DNA from: an uncultured Actinomycetes bacterium | Lineage (GTDB): Bacteria; Actinomycetota; Actinomycetes; S36-B12; UBA5976 | Assembly: GCA_903907835.1 (NCBI GenBank) | Contig: CAIVPQ010000199.1 | Location: 1-45,408, forward strand | Direction of reading: 5' to 3' | Length of the DNA stretch: 45,408 nucleotides | In this document: piece by piece, positions 9,021 through 18,039 of the stretch | How positions within the stretch are numbered: position 1 is the stretch's first letter | Layout: every line of letters starts with the position of its first letter | Translations under genes and position numbers: made by a program | The notes under the pieces: generated by a model | The model's input: the letters and a program-made list of their open reading frames with translations, nothing else | What the model was told of the DNA's origin: nothing | The model's database searches: none

Positions 9021-9593
9021 ATGACAAGAATAGGCTTGCGAGTCACTCTGTTATTCCTAGTCGGTTCATTCTTTCTAGCAGCCGCTCTTGTAGTAGACGG
9101 CTATGTTTATGCGAATGCAAAGGCCAGCGCAAAAGGATCAACATCGGTCTCAGTCTTAAAGTGGGGAGCGGTGCTTGCTTCCCCATCGGCAACCCCAGCT
9201 AAAACTCCTTTTGTAATTTCTTGGGCCACTTCCCAAAATCAACAAATCGCTTACCTCGAAGTTGTTAACACGGGGTCACAGTTGATTAGTGGCCAAAGCT
9301 ATTCGATTGACACCAAAGATTCTGAAGGTTCGAGAAAAAATGACCCATCAATAACTTTTACTGCATGCACATCCGGCGTTTGGAACAAAGATACCGATAA
9401 GTGCTCTGGATCAACCAGTGTCATCGGAACAAGGTCCAATGGGACTCTCACTTCAAATTTTAGTTTGGCGCCCTTAGCGCGCCTATCACTCCGGCTTCGG
9501 TTAACGAAAGAAAACAGGGTTGCCTGGACAACCACAATCAACATGAAGATCAATCGCTCACAAATACGAACAGCTACAACAACTAACTCATAA
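9021..9593 (+). CDS. Second, divergent TasA-like secreted protein (candidate minor or accessory subunit)
   Basis: Signal peptide MTRIGLRVTLLFLVGSFFLAAALVVDGYVYANA. It shares VVNTGSQL, a C-x11-C-S-G loop and the C-terminal TTNS with the upstream gene. The start is uncertain (9015 or 9021); the track start at 8946 falls inside the hairpin. Confidence 0.6.
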   Translation: MTRIGLRVTLLFLVGSFFLAAALVVDGYVYANAKASAKGSTSVSVLKWGAVLASPSATPAKTPFVISWATSQNQQIAYLEVVNTGSQLISGQSYSIDTKDSEGSRKNDPSITFTACTSGVWNKDTDKCSGSTSVIGTRSNGTLTSNFSLAPLARLSLRLRLTKENRVAWTTTINMKINRSQIRTATTTNS

Positions 9594-9616
9594 ACCTCAG
9601 GAAGGCTTCCCCCGCC

Positions 9617-10204
9617 ATGACAATTTCGCCCATCACTACTGAGCCATCAACTCACAAACGCACAAGAGCAAAAGATTTCTGGCATGGCTTTAACACCACT
9701 TTGCTCTGGATTGTGGCTATTGGATCGGTAGTTGCAGCAGTGCTAGTTGTAAAGAATCAAATTCACTTCACTCGAGTCTTGTCGGACAGTATGGCACCGG
9801 CATTTCACCGTGGAGATGTCCTGCTTGTTAAACCTTATGCAAAGACTGAGCTTCGCCAGGGGCAGATTGTCGTGTTACCTAATGTTGATAAGGACGGCAG
9901 TCAATATGTCCATCGACTTATTAATGTCGACATCGCAGGCAAACAGGTAAGCGTGGAAACAAAAGGGGATGCGAATCAAGTTAAGGATCCTTGGACCCTA
10001 AACATCAAGTCGAACGAAGTCCCATTGGTTCTTGGACAACTGCCCACCTCCAAGTTGCCATTTGTCGAGTTGAGCCGAAATCAAATCATGCTGTTTATGG
10101 GGCTAATGCTTGTGCTCTTCATTTCGCTTTTTGTTCCAAGCAGCGCATTTCCGCGGTTCTCTCGGCCCGGACATGGCAGACACAAACCAAAGTCAAGAAT
10201 CTAA
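9617..10204 (+). CDS. Signal peptidase I, ER/archaeal (SipW-like) type
   Basis: N-terminal TM segment, Ser box SDSMAP, His in place of the P-type Lys (YVHRLI), TKGDAN box, and a C-terminal TM segment plus a basic tail. It starts 23 nt downstream of the second TasA-like gene. Confidence 0.8.
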   Translation: MTISPITTEPSTHKRTRAKDFWHGFNTTLLWIVAIGSVVAAVLVVKNQIHFTRVLSDSMAPAFHRGDVLLVKPYAKTELRQGQIVVLPNVDKDGSQYVHRLINVDIAGKQVSVETKGDANQVKDPWTLNIKSNEVPLVLGQLPTSKLPFVELSRNQIMLFMGLMLVLFISLFVPSSAFPRFSRPGHGRHKPKSRI

Positions 10205-10258
10205 AGTACGAAGGACCTTAGTTTTTTCAGAGTTAGCTTTGGCTCACTCGACAATCTT

Positions 10259-11263
10259 TTAGTCTTGACCCTCTTCAGCGCGAGTCGAACGTGCCATGAA
10301 AGATTGCAATACCTTAGCCGGACTTTTACCCTCGTGGATTACCTTGGTTACTTGCTCAGTAATCGGCATTTCAACACCGTGGCGATTTGCTAAATCAAGA
10401 ATGGAGCGACAACTCTTGACACCTTCTGAAGTTGTTCTGATTTGGGCTTGGGCTTCAGCAACACTCTTTCCTTCACCGAGGGCAACACCAAAAGTACGGT
10501 TACGGGAAAGTGGTGATTTGCAGGTCGCTACTAAGTCGCCCACTCCAGCAAGTCCTGCGAACGTTAATGGGTTGGCTCCGAGTGCTACGCCCAGTCGGGT
10601 CATTTCGGCTAGACCTCTCGTAATTAGGGCGGCTTGAGAGTTTTCGCCGTACCCAAGACCAACAGCCATGCCGTTGGCTAAGGCAATCACATTTTTTACA
10701 GCACCAGCTAGTTCGACGCCTAGGACATCGGTTGTGTAGTACGGGCGAAAATAATCCGTTGTGCACGCCTCTTGAATACGCAGGGCAGCAGGTTCATCGC
10801 TACAGGCAACCGTTGTTGCAGCCGGCTCTCGCAAGGCAATTTCGTGAGCCAAGTTCGGTCCGGATACAACCGCCACTCGATCGATATGTACTCCAGCTAC
10901 TCCAGCAATTACTTCACTCATGCGTTCGGCGGTTCCGAGTTCGACTCCCTTGATAAGCGAAACTAAAGTTGCAGATTCTGGAATTGAAATTGTCCAGGCG
11001 GCCAAAGTGCTACGCAATGTTTGAGCTGGGATCGCTAACACCACTAAGTCGGCATCGCCAAGCGCGGAAACCGGATTGGTGGTTGCAACTACCGATTGAG
11101 GCAAAACCAGTCCAGGATGATATTCAGAGTTTGTGTGTTGGGTATTTATCTCATCGGCTACCGCACGAGTGCGAGTCCATAACGACACATCGCAACCAGC
11201 ATCCGCCAAAACCATGGAGAACACTGTTCCCCATGAACCAGCACCCATAACTGCTACGCGCAT
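10259..11263 (-). CDS. gpsA: NAD(P)H-dependent glycerol-3-phosphate dehydrogenase
   Basis: Rossmann N-terminus MRVAVMGAGSWGT and family-typical length. Its start overlaps the plsC stop (TAATG). Confidence 0.9.
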   Translation of the reverse strand: MRVAVMGAGSWGTVFSMVLADAGCDVSLWTRTRAVADEINTQHTNSEYHPGLVLPQSVVATTNPVSALGDADLVVLAIPAQTLRSTLAAWTISIPESATLVSLIKGVELGTAERMSEVIAGVAGVHIDRVAVVSGPNLAHEIALREPAATTVACSDEPAALRIQEACTTDYFRPYYTTDVLGVELAGAVKNVIALANGMAVGLGYGENSQAALITRGLAEMTRLGVALGANPLTFAGLAGVGDLVATCKSPLSRNRTFGVALGEGKSVAEAQAQIRTTSEGVKSCRSILDLANRHGVEMPITEQVTKVIHEGKSPAKVLQSFMARSTRAEEGQD

Positions 11264-12033
11264 TAGCTTTCGGATCCTTTGTCTTTTGTGGATTTTTTCT
11301 CAATAGGATTTTTTGCCAGTGCAATTCTGCGATCAAGTGGCTGAGTTGGGATTGGTTCTTGGCGCTGTTCAGCCAAGATTTCGGTAATTGCTCGCATAAT
11401 TCGCTCAGTTGCTTCGCGCAGGACAGTAGCGGTGATTGGCTGATTACGCAGATCCTCAAGGTCAACAGGCGGGCCAGCCCAGATTTTCATAGTTTTGCGT
11501 GGAAAAAACTTTGGGAATTTCGAATGCAGACCAAGGATATCTTGGGGACCCCATTGCGCAGCCGGGATTACTGGACATCCAGTTGTAAGAGCTATTCGGG
11601 CCACCCCAGTTTTGGCAGTCATGGGCCAAAGCTGTTGGTCACGCGTAAGTGTTCCCTCAGGGTAAATAACTACACATTCGCCACCTTCAACAGCCTTGAT
11701 GGCCGCATGTAGCGAGGAAGTAGCATCGGCAGTGCCACGACTGACTGGAATCTGACCAGCACCTTTTAGGATGGCGCCAAAAACAGGGACTTTAAAAATT
11801 TCTGCTTTAGCCAGAAAGCGAACTGGACGACCATTGTCGTTACAAAAATGCGCCGCTGCTAATGGGTCAAACCAAGACAAGTGATTCATCGCCAAGACGA
11901 CTCCACCTGGAATCTGTAGGTTTTCGCCGCCGCGCCAATCACGCTTGGTTAAGGCCTGCAACGGGGGACGCAATACTCCCTCGAGTACTCGATACCAACC
12001 ACCCCTGGGTGATTGCGCTGCTACCTTGCTCAT
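11263..12033 (-). CDS. plsC: 1-acyl-sn-glycerol-3-phosphate acyltransferase
   Basis: HX4D motif NHLSWFDP and YPEGTLTR box. It forms an operon with gpsA. Confidence 0.85.
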   Translation of the reverse strand: MSKVAAQSPRGGWYRVLEGVLRPPLQALTKRDWRGGENLQIPGGVVLAMNHLSWFDPLAAAHFCNDNGRPVRFLAKAEIFKVPVFGAILKGAGQIPVSRGTADATSSLHAAIKAVEGGECVVIYPEGTLTRDQQLWPMTAKTGVARIALTTGCPVIPAAQWGPQDILGLHSKFPKFFPRKTMKIWAGPPVDLEDLRNQPITATVLREATERIMRAITEILAEQRQEPIPTQPLDRRIALAKNPIEKKSTKDKGSES

Positions 12034-12049
12034 TTTTTGGTTCCTGACA

Positions 12050-12096
12050 TAAAAAGATGATCGGGCTCAAAGGTTACCCTGTTGAGCCCGATCATC
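12050..12096 (-). terminator. Intrinsic terminator of hup
   Basis: A 15-bp stem, GATGATCGGGCTCAA (12056-12070) with TTGAGCCCGATCATC (12082-12096), is followed on the minus strand by TTTTT. Confidence 0.75.
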
Positions 12097-12106
12097 GAGA
12101 ACGAGA

Positions 12107-12388
12107 TTACTTGCCTGAAACGATCTTCTTGAATTCTGCGCCTGCGCGGAACTTAGGAACTGATGTTGCAGCAATCTGAACTGCAGCACCTGTCTGTGGG
12201 TTGCGGCCAGTGCGGGCTGAACGCTCGGACTTCTCGAAGATTCCGAAGCCACTTAGTGAAACCTTGTCACCAGCTGCAACAGCCTTCTTTACCGTGTCTA
12301 GAACTGCTTCTACTGCTGTAGTTGCATCTTTCTTGCTTAGACCTTCAACAGATCCAGCAACTGCATCAATTAATTCTGCCTTGTTCAT
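12107..12388 (-). CDS. hup: Nucleoid-associated protein HU (short form, 93 aa)
   Basis: MNKAELIDAVA..., with the DNA-binding arm RTGRNPQTGAAVQIAA. ATG 12388 has a GGAGGA RBS (12394-12399). The track start at 12412 is an upstream extension. Confidence 0.9.
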   Translation of the reverse strand: MNKAELIDAVAGSVEGLSKKDATTAVEAVLDTVKKAVAAGDKVSLSGFGIFEKSERSARTGRNPQTGAAVQIAATSVPKFRAGAEFKKIVSGK

Positions 12389-12600
12389 GTAAATCCTCCA
12401 TGTGTTTACCAACCCTCACGGTCGAGAGCTGGCGATTTGGATAGTAAGTGATCCGGTGACCATTTACCTGAGTTGTTCCGGGCTTCCCCGCCCGGCTCAA
12501 CCCTGACTTTGGCATACAAATCAAGGGTTTTCCCAAAGACACGCCGAAAATCTAGAAGAAAAGTGCTTATATTTAGCGTTTTTGCCAGATTTTGGCGTTT

Positions 12601-13188
12601 TTAGCGAGTTACCGGCTTAAAAGTTGGTCGTGCGGCTTCAAAGGAATTAATGGTTTCAACGTGGCGCATTGTTAGCCCAATATCATCCAAACCTTCAATT
12701 AGGCGCCAGCGAACATAATCATCTACTTCGAAAGATGCGGTGAGTTCGCCTGCGTTGACAGTGCGTGCTTCCAGATCAACTTTTACTTGAGTTTCTGGTG
12801 CCTCTTCGATTATTTGCCAAAGAGCCTCGACAACTTCTTGATCAACCACTGCGGTCAAAAGCCCTTGCTTACCGGAGTTGCCGCGAAAAATATCGGCGTA
12901 TCGTGACGAAATGATTACCTTGAATCCGTAATCCATCAAAGCCCAAACTGCGTGCTCACGACTTGAGCCGGTGCCGAAGTCGGGACCAGCAACCAAGATC
13001 GTCACACCTTGTGTCTGCGGTTGATTCAAAATGAACTCGGGATCTTTGCGCCAAGCAGCAAACAAGGCATCTTCAAAGCCGTGACGAGTAATGCGCTTTA
13101 GGTACTCGGCAGGAATGATCTGATCAGTATCGACATTGCTTGCACGCAGTGGCGCAGCCTTACCTGTATGAACTGTGAATTTTTCCAT
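12601..13188 (-). CDS. leuD: 3-isopropylmalate dehydratase small subunit
   Basis: [13 protein letters not shown] motif. It starts 2 nt downstream of leuC. Confidence 0.92.
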   Translation of the reverse strand: MEKFTVHTGKAAPLRASNVDTDQIIPAEYLKRITRHGFEDALFAAWRKDPEFILNQPQTQGVTILVAGPDFGTGSSREHAVWALMDYGFKVIISSRYADIFRGNSGKQGLLTAVVDQEVVEALWQIIEEAPETQVKVDLEARTVNAGELTASFEVDDYVRWRLIEGLDDIGLTMRHVETINSFEAARPTFKPVTR

Positions 13189-13190
13189 GA

Positions 13191-14603
13191 CTAACTCGCA
13201 TTCGTGATTAGGTCGGCGGGGGCAGAAAGTGTTCCGCGAATTGCTGTTGCTGCAGCAACCTGTGGGGACACAAGATGGGTACGCCCACCTGGTCCTTGTC
13301 GGCCTTCAAAATTTCGGTTTGAAGTGGACGCACTTCGCTCTCCAGGAATCAATTTGTCAGGATTCATTGCCAAGCACATTGAGCAGCCCGCCTCGCGCCA
13401 TTCGGCACCTGCTTCAAGGAAGACCTTGTCCAGTCCCTCGGCCATTGCTTCGAGGCGTACTCGCACAGAACCTGGCACAACCATGAAACGAACACCGTCA
13501 GCCACTTTGCGACCACGAACGATATCTGCAGCAGCTCGGAGGTCTTCGATTCGACCGTTGGTGCATGAGCCCAAGAACACTGTGTCGACTGCAATACTCT
13601 TCAACGGTGTTCCTGCGGTTAACCCCATGTAGGCAAGGGCTTTTGTTGCTGCTTCACGAGCTGCTGGATCAGCAAAATCTTCTGGAGTCGGTACAACATC
13701 GCTAAGTGGTGCGCCTTGTCCCGGATTAGTTCCCCAGGTCACAAATGGGCTCAGTTCGCTGGCATCAATGACAACTTCAGCATCAAACTTGGCATCTGCA
13801 TCAGATGGCAGCGTTCGCCAGTATGCAACTGCCGCATCCCAATCGGCACCCTTAGGCGCATGATCGCGACCGTTTAGATAATCAAAGGTTGTTTCATCTG
13901 GAGCAATCATGCCGGCGCGAGCGCCTGCTTCAATACTCATGTTGCAGATGGTCATCCGAGCTTCCATCGATAGTGCGCGGATTGCTTCACCACGGTATTC
14001 CAGGACGTAGCCTTGGCCACCACCGGTTCCGATTTTGGTGATAACAGCCAAGATTAGATCCTTTGCTGTCACACCTTCAGGCAGTGCACCATTTACGGTG
14101 ATTGCCATGGTCTTGAAAGGCTTGAGTGGCAATGTCTGAGTTGCCAGAACATGCTCAACTTCGCTTGTACCAATTCCAAATGCGAGTGCCCCAAATGCAC
14201 CATGCGTTGAAGTGTGTGAGTCACCGCAGACAACCGTCATACCTGGCTGAGTTAGACCCAATTGTGGACCCACAACATGGACGATGCCCTGCTCTGCATT
14301 TCCAAGTGAATAAATCGGCACACCAAATTCGGCACAGTTGTTGCGCAGCGCATCAACCTGCGCGCGACTAATTGGATCCGCGATTGGCTTATCAATGTCG
14401 ATGGTAGGCACATTGTGATCTTCGGTTGCCAGAGTTAGGTCGGGTCGGCGAACTATACGTTGTGTTTCGCGCAGGCCATCGAATGCCTGGGCGCTCGTGA
14501 CTTCGTGCACTAAGTGCAAGTCAATGAACAACAAATCTGGTTCGCCTTCAGCATGGCGAACAACATGGTCGCTCCATACTTTCTCGGCTAATGTGCGTGC
14601 CAT
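13191..14603 (-). CDS. leuC: 3-isopropylmalate dehydratase large subunit
   Basis: Aconitase-family Fe-S ligand motifs VCGDSHT, GSCTNGR and CSMCLAMN. Confidence 0.92.
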   Translation of the reverse strand: MARTLAEKVWSDHVVRHAEGEPDLLFIDLHLVHEVTSAQAFDGLRETQRIVRRPDLTLATEDHNVPTIDIDKPIADPISRAQVDALRNNCAEFGVPIYSLGNAEQGIVHVVGPQLGLTQPGMTVVCGDSHTSTHGAFGALAFGIGTSEVEHVLATQTLPLKPFKTMAITVNGALPEGVTAKDLILAVITKIGTGGGQGYVLEYRGEAIRALSMEARMTICNMSIEAGARAGMIAPDETTFDYLNGRDHAPKGADWDAAVAYWRTLPSDADAKFDAEVVIDASELSPFVTWGTNPGQGAPLSDVVPTPEDFADPAAREAATKALAYMGLTAGTPLKSIAVDTVFLGSCTNGRIEDLRAAADIVRGRKVADGVRFMVVPGSVRVRLEAMAEGLDKVFLEAGAEWREAGCSMCLAMNPDKLIPGERSASTSNRNFEGRQGPGGRTHLVSPQVAAATAIRGTLSAPADLITNAS

Positions 14604-14682
14604 TTGCGCCTCCTGCTTTAAAGCTCTGGGATTTAGAGCTCTGACCTTGACATCTCACTATGCGAGATTGCAATATCAGTAC

Positions 14683-15405
14683 ATGGACAATACTAATAGC
14701 GGTGTCGGAGTTCTGGACAAAGCTGCCCACATACTGGACGCACTGGAATCAGGCCCGCTGACACTGGCTGGATTAGTCGCTGCCACCGGTTTGGCGCGAC
14801 CGACTGCACACCGGTTAGCCACCGCTCTAGAACATCACCGGCTAGTAGGTCGCGACCTTTCTGGGCGATTTGTGTTGGGTACCCGACTTAGTGAACTTGC
14901 TGTGGCTGCGGGAGAAGACAAGTTACTAGTTGTAGCTACGCCGATCCTGATTGCCTTGCGCGATGCCACAAAAGAAAGTGCACAACTATATCGGCGTCAA
15001 GGTGACCAACGTATATGTGTGGCTGCGGCTGAACGCATGACTGGACTTCGCGATACCGTGCCCGTTGGAGCAGCGATGACCATGCATGCCGGATCTGCTG
15101 CACAAATCTTGCTGGCATGGGAGGAGCCAGATCGTTTGCATCGTGGTTTGCAAGGTGCAAGATTTACCGCAACAGATCTTTCTGGTATTCGCCGTCGAGG
15201 CTGGGCCCAGTCCATCGGTGAACGCGAAACTGGAGTGGCCTCAGTGTCCGCACCTATCCGCGGAAGCGGCGGCAAAGTAATTGCTGCTGTCTCGATTAGC
15301 GGTCCGATAGAGCGGCTTACTCGCACACCTGGTCGCCTACATGGTCAGTCAGTGGCCACTGCGGCTGCTCGTATCACCGAGTTGCTTAAAGCACGCACGC
15401 AATAA
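14683..15405 (+). CDS. IclR-family transcriptional regulator, divergent from leuCD (LtbR-like position)
   Basis: MDNTNSGVGVLDKAAHILDAL... is an IclR HTH followed by an effector domain. The track ORF start (14497) overlaps leuC and is rejected. The arrangement matches the IclR regulator next to leuCD in Corynebacterium and Mycobacterium. Confidence 0.8.
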   Translation: MDNTNSGVGVLDKAAHILDALESGPLTLAGLVAATGLARPTAHRLATALEHHRLVGRDLSGRFVLGTRLSELAVAAGEDKLLVVATPILIALRDATKESAQLYRRQGDQRICVAAAERMTGLRDTVPVGAAMTMHAGSAAQILLAWEEPDRLHRGLQGARFTATDLSGIRRRGWAQSIGERETGVASVSAPIRGSGGKVIAAVSISGPIERLTRTPGRLHGQSVATAAARITELLKARTQ

Positions 15406-15421
15406 TTTGGCGGATCCGGGC

Positions 15422-15456
15422 AAAAAAAATCCGCCTTGCGGCGGATTTCTCCTTTT
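15422..15456. terminator. Bidirectional intrinsic terminator (IclR gene / tRNA genes)
   Basis: AAATCCGCC (15427-15435) pairs with GGCGGATTT (15440-15448) around a TTGC loop. It is flanked by an A8 run upstream and TTTCTCCTTTT downstream. Confidence 0.75.
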
Positions 15457-15457
15457 G

Positions 15458-15530
15458 TAGCCCCGACGGGATTCGAACCCGCGCTACCGCCTTGAGAGGG
15501 CGGCGTGCTAGGCCACTACACAACGGGGCC
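15458..15530 (-). tRNA. tRNA-Glu (anticodon CUC)
   Basis: The reverse complement GGCCCCGTTGTGTAGTGGCCTAGCACGCCGCCCTCTCAAGGCGGTAGCGCGGGTTCGAATCCCGTCGGGGCTA folds by hand into a cloverleaf. The anticodon stem is CCGCC/GGCGG with loop CUCUCAA, and the T-loop is TTCGAAT. No CCA is encoded. Confidence 0.9.
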
Positions 15531-15563
15531 CTAGCTAAAGAAGTTACGAGCACCCCTTTATTG

Positions 15564-15635
15564 CTGGGGTACCTGGACTCGAACCAAGACTAACTGAACC
15601 AGAATCAGTTGGGCTGCCAATTACCCCATACCCCA
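15564..15635 (-). tRNA. tRNA-Gln (anticodon CUG)
   Basis: The reverse complement TGGGGTATGGGGTAATTGGCAGCCCAACTGATTCTGGTTCAGTTAGTCTTGGTTCGAGTCCAGGTACCCCAG has a U1-A72 pair and a G73 discriminator. The anticodon stem is ACUGA/UCAGU with loop UUCUGGU. Confidence 0.9.
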
Positions 15636-15687
15636 TGGCATTTCGACTTATGAAGTCTAGCCCAGCAATCGCAATTGCGCGAAATGC

Positions 15688-17169
15688 CTACTTTGTGGCT
15701 GCCAAAATTCTCGCTAACGAACGCTCTTGTCCCAAAATTTCTAGTGATTCAAAAAGCGGTGGCGAGACTCGTCGACCTGTTACGGCCACTCGAACTGGAC
15801 CAAAGGCAAGTTTTGGTTTTAGCTCCATGTTTTCAATCAAAGCAACTCGCAAAGCATCTTCAATTGACTCAGTGCTCCATTCAGCAAGATCGCTCAATGC
15901 CTCATGCGCAGCTACTAGCACGGGCAGTGCATCTGGCGTTAACACTTTTTCAGCTTCACTTGGTTCAATAGCAAACTCAGGACTACCAACATCTCCATAA
16001 AAAAGGAATCCAAGCATGCCGATTCCTTGACGCAAAGTTTCCATGCGTTCTTGAACATGTGGAACTGCAGCCAACAACTTTTGCATCTGCTCGGAAGTGG
16101 GATCGTTGGTGAAAACGCCATCTTCCTTGAGAAATGGGACTAGGCGAATCGCTAAATCTTCAACAGCAATGTGCCTAATCCACTCGCCATTTATTGCCGT
16201 GCATTTTTTTAGATCAAAACGTGCTGGATTAGCGTTAACTCGGGAAATATCAAAGACGCTTGCCATCTCTTCTTTAGAGAAGAATTCGCGATCTTCGCCA
16301 AATGACCAACCAAGTAGCGCGAGATAATTAAGAAGTCCCTCGGGTAAGTAACCTTCTTCGCGATACATCAATAGTCGAGATTCTGGATCGCGCTTAGATA
16401 GTTTCTTGTTACCCTCACCCATGACATAAGGCAAGTGACCGTATAGCGGACGTTCACCTTTTGCGATGCCAATTTCTTTTAGCGCGTCATACAGAGCAAG
16501 TTGGCGCGGAGTACTGCTTAGCAAATCTTCGCCACGCAATACATGCGTAATTTCCATCAAAACATCGTCAACTGGATTTACCAAGGTGTAAAGCGGCTCA
16601 CCTGTTGCACGCACTATGACATAGTCGGGCACATGTTCATTAGCAAAGGTGACTTCCCCACGCACTAAATCAACCCAAGTGAAATCAGTATCAGGCATCC
16701 GGAATCGAACTACTGCCGCACGCGATTGCGCAACATATTCCGCGATTTGTGACTCACTTAGATCACGGCATGCACGATCGTAGCCCGGGGTCTTGCCAGC
16801 TGCTCGAGCTACTTCACGACGTTCTTCTAGTTCTTCTTGCGAGCAGTAGCACTTGTAAGCATGGCCAGTCTCTAATAACTTTGCTGCGACTTCGGCATAA
16901 ATGTCCATGCGTTGCGACTGGCGATATGGACCATGAGGTCCGCCAATTTCGGGGCCTTCGTCCCAGTCCATTCCTAACCAGCGCAAGGAATCTAAAAGGT
17001 CGTTGTAGGACTCTTCGCTATCGCGAGCCGTATCAGTGTCTTCAATGCGAAATACAAATTTGCCACCCATGTGGCGGGCGAAGGCCCAGTTGAAAAGAGC
17101 TGTGCGCACCATACCAACATGAGGATTGCCAGTTGGTGATGGACAGAAACGAACTCGTACTTGCGACAC
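15688..17169 (-). CDS. gltX: Glutamyl-tRNA synthetase
   Basis: Class I motifs [10 protein letters not shown] (HIGH-type) and KLSKR (KMSKS-type). It lies immediately upstream of tRNA-Gln and tRNA-Glu. Confidence 0.92.
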   Translation of the reverse strand: MSQVRVRFCPSPTGNPHVGMVRTALFNWAFARHMGGKFVFRIEDTDTARDSEESYNDLLDSLRWLGMDWDEGPEIGGPHGPYRQSQRMDIYAEVAAKLLETGHAYKCYCSQEELEERREVARAAGKTPGYDRACRDLSESQIAEYVAQSRAAVVRFRMPDTDFTWVDLVRGEVTFANEHVPDYVIVRATGEPLYTLVNPVDDVLMEITHVLRGEDLLSSTPRQLALYDALKEIGIAKGERPLYGHLPYVMGEGNKKLSKRDPESRLLMYREEGYLPEGLLNYLALLGWSFGEDREFFSKEEMASVFDISRVNANPARFDLKKCTAINGEWIRHIAVEDLAIRLVPFLKEDGVFTNDPTSEQMQKLLAAVPHVQERMETLRQGIGMLGFLFYGDVGSPEFAIEPSEAEKVLTPDALPVLVAAHEALSDLAEWSTESIEDALRVALIENMELKPKLAFGPVRVAVTGRRVSPPLFESLEILGQERSLARILAATK

Positions 17170-17183
17170 GATTCTCCTAGTGC

Positions 17184-17948
17184 TTAACGCGAGACTACGG
17201 GATTGGACAATGTGCCAATCCCTTCGATTGAGACATTCACAGTTTCGCCATCCTTGATTGACGCGACACCACTAGGGGTACCAGTCAAAATCACATCGCC
17301 CGGCAACAAAGTCATTACGGAGGACACGAAGGCAACAATTTCAGAAACGCTAAAAATTAAATCGCTCGTGTTCGCATGTTGACGCTCTTCATCATCAACT
17401 TCACAAGAAATATCTAAATTTGAAGGATCCAGTTCTGTTTCAATCCAAGGACCAATCGGGCAAAAAGTATCAAAGCTCTTTGCGCGAGTCCATTGCCCAT
17501 CACGCTCTTGTAGATCGCGTGCAGTTACATCGTTAGCGCAGGTGTAACCCAAAATAACTTCGTGAGCGCGCTCGACTGTGACATTTCTGCAGAGATGGCC
17601 GATGACAATGGCTAACTCCGATTCGTGGTGCACCTCAGTCGATTGGGGTGGCAGCACAATTGCCTGGCCATCGCCAATGACAGAAGTTGTTGGCTTAATG
17701 AAAATCACTGGCTCTTCAGGCGGCGTCGTACCCATTTCTGCAGCATGATCCGCATAATTTTTACCGATGCAAATCACTTTGCTTGGTAATACTGGAGCTA
17801 AAAGCTTCACATCGTCTAGGTTCAACACCGCGCCTGCCGGAACTAAATCATGAAATGGATGACCAACAAGCAGACTTATTTGATTGCCATCAACAATTCC
17901 GAAGACTGGACCTTCAATGTCTGGAACTGAAACTCGGGCAATACGCAT
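17184..17948 (-). CDS. Fumarylacetoacetate hydrolase (FAH) family protein
   Basis: Motifs [24 protein letters not shown] and [12 protein letters not shown]. An FAH gene holds the same position next to gltX in mycobacteria (recalled). Confidence 0.8.
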   Translation of the reverse strand: MRIARVSVPDIEGPVFGIVDGNQISLLVGHPFHDLVPAGAVLNLDDVKLLAPVLPSKVICIGKNYADHAAEMGTTPPEEPVIFIKPTTSVIGDGQAIVLPPQSTEVHHESELAIVIGHLCRNVTVERAHEVILGYTCANDVTARDLQERDGQWTRAKSFDTFCPIGPWIETELDPSNLDISCEVDDEERQHANTSDLIFSVSEIVAFVSSVMTLLPGDVILTGTPSGVASIKDGETVNVSIEGIGTLSNPVVSR

Positions 17949-18039
17949 GTCTTAAGAATAGTGTGCCTAATTCTTAATTTCGCCACCAAGCCTGAACATA
18001 GAATTCCACATGAAGACAAGAAATACCCTTGACGATTAC

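Noticed and set aside
14497-14682. N-terminal extensions proposed by the ORF track. They include the IclR gene from 14497, and likewise 3547 (rpmB), 8223 and 8946 (TasA-like genes), 12412 (hup), 24192 (pirin) and 37683 (ilvN).
   Set aside because: The extensions overlap neighbouring genes or hairpins and lack ribosome-binding sites. In most cases (the IclR start being the exception) internal starts with good RBS give family-typical N-termini.
15406-15687. The tRNA genes as a possible integration hotspot for a genomic island.
   Set aside because: There is no integrase, no duplicated tRNA 3' end and no direct repeats nearby. The flanking genes are the conserved gltX and IclR/leuCD neighbours.
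17952-17977. An 8-bp AT-rich inverted repeat, TTAAGAAT-N10-ATTCTTAA, just upstream of the FAH gene start.
   Set aside because: It is short and AT-rich, so it could easily arise by chance. No second copy or supporting feature exists. It is noted only as a possible operator.
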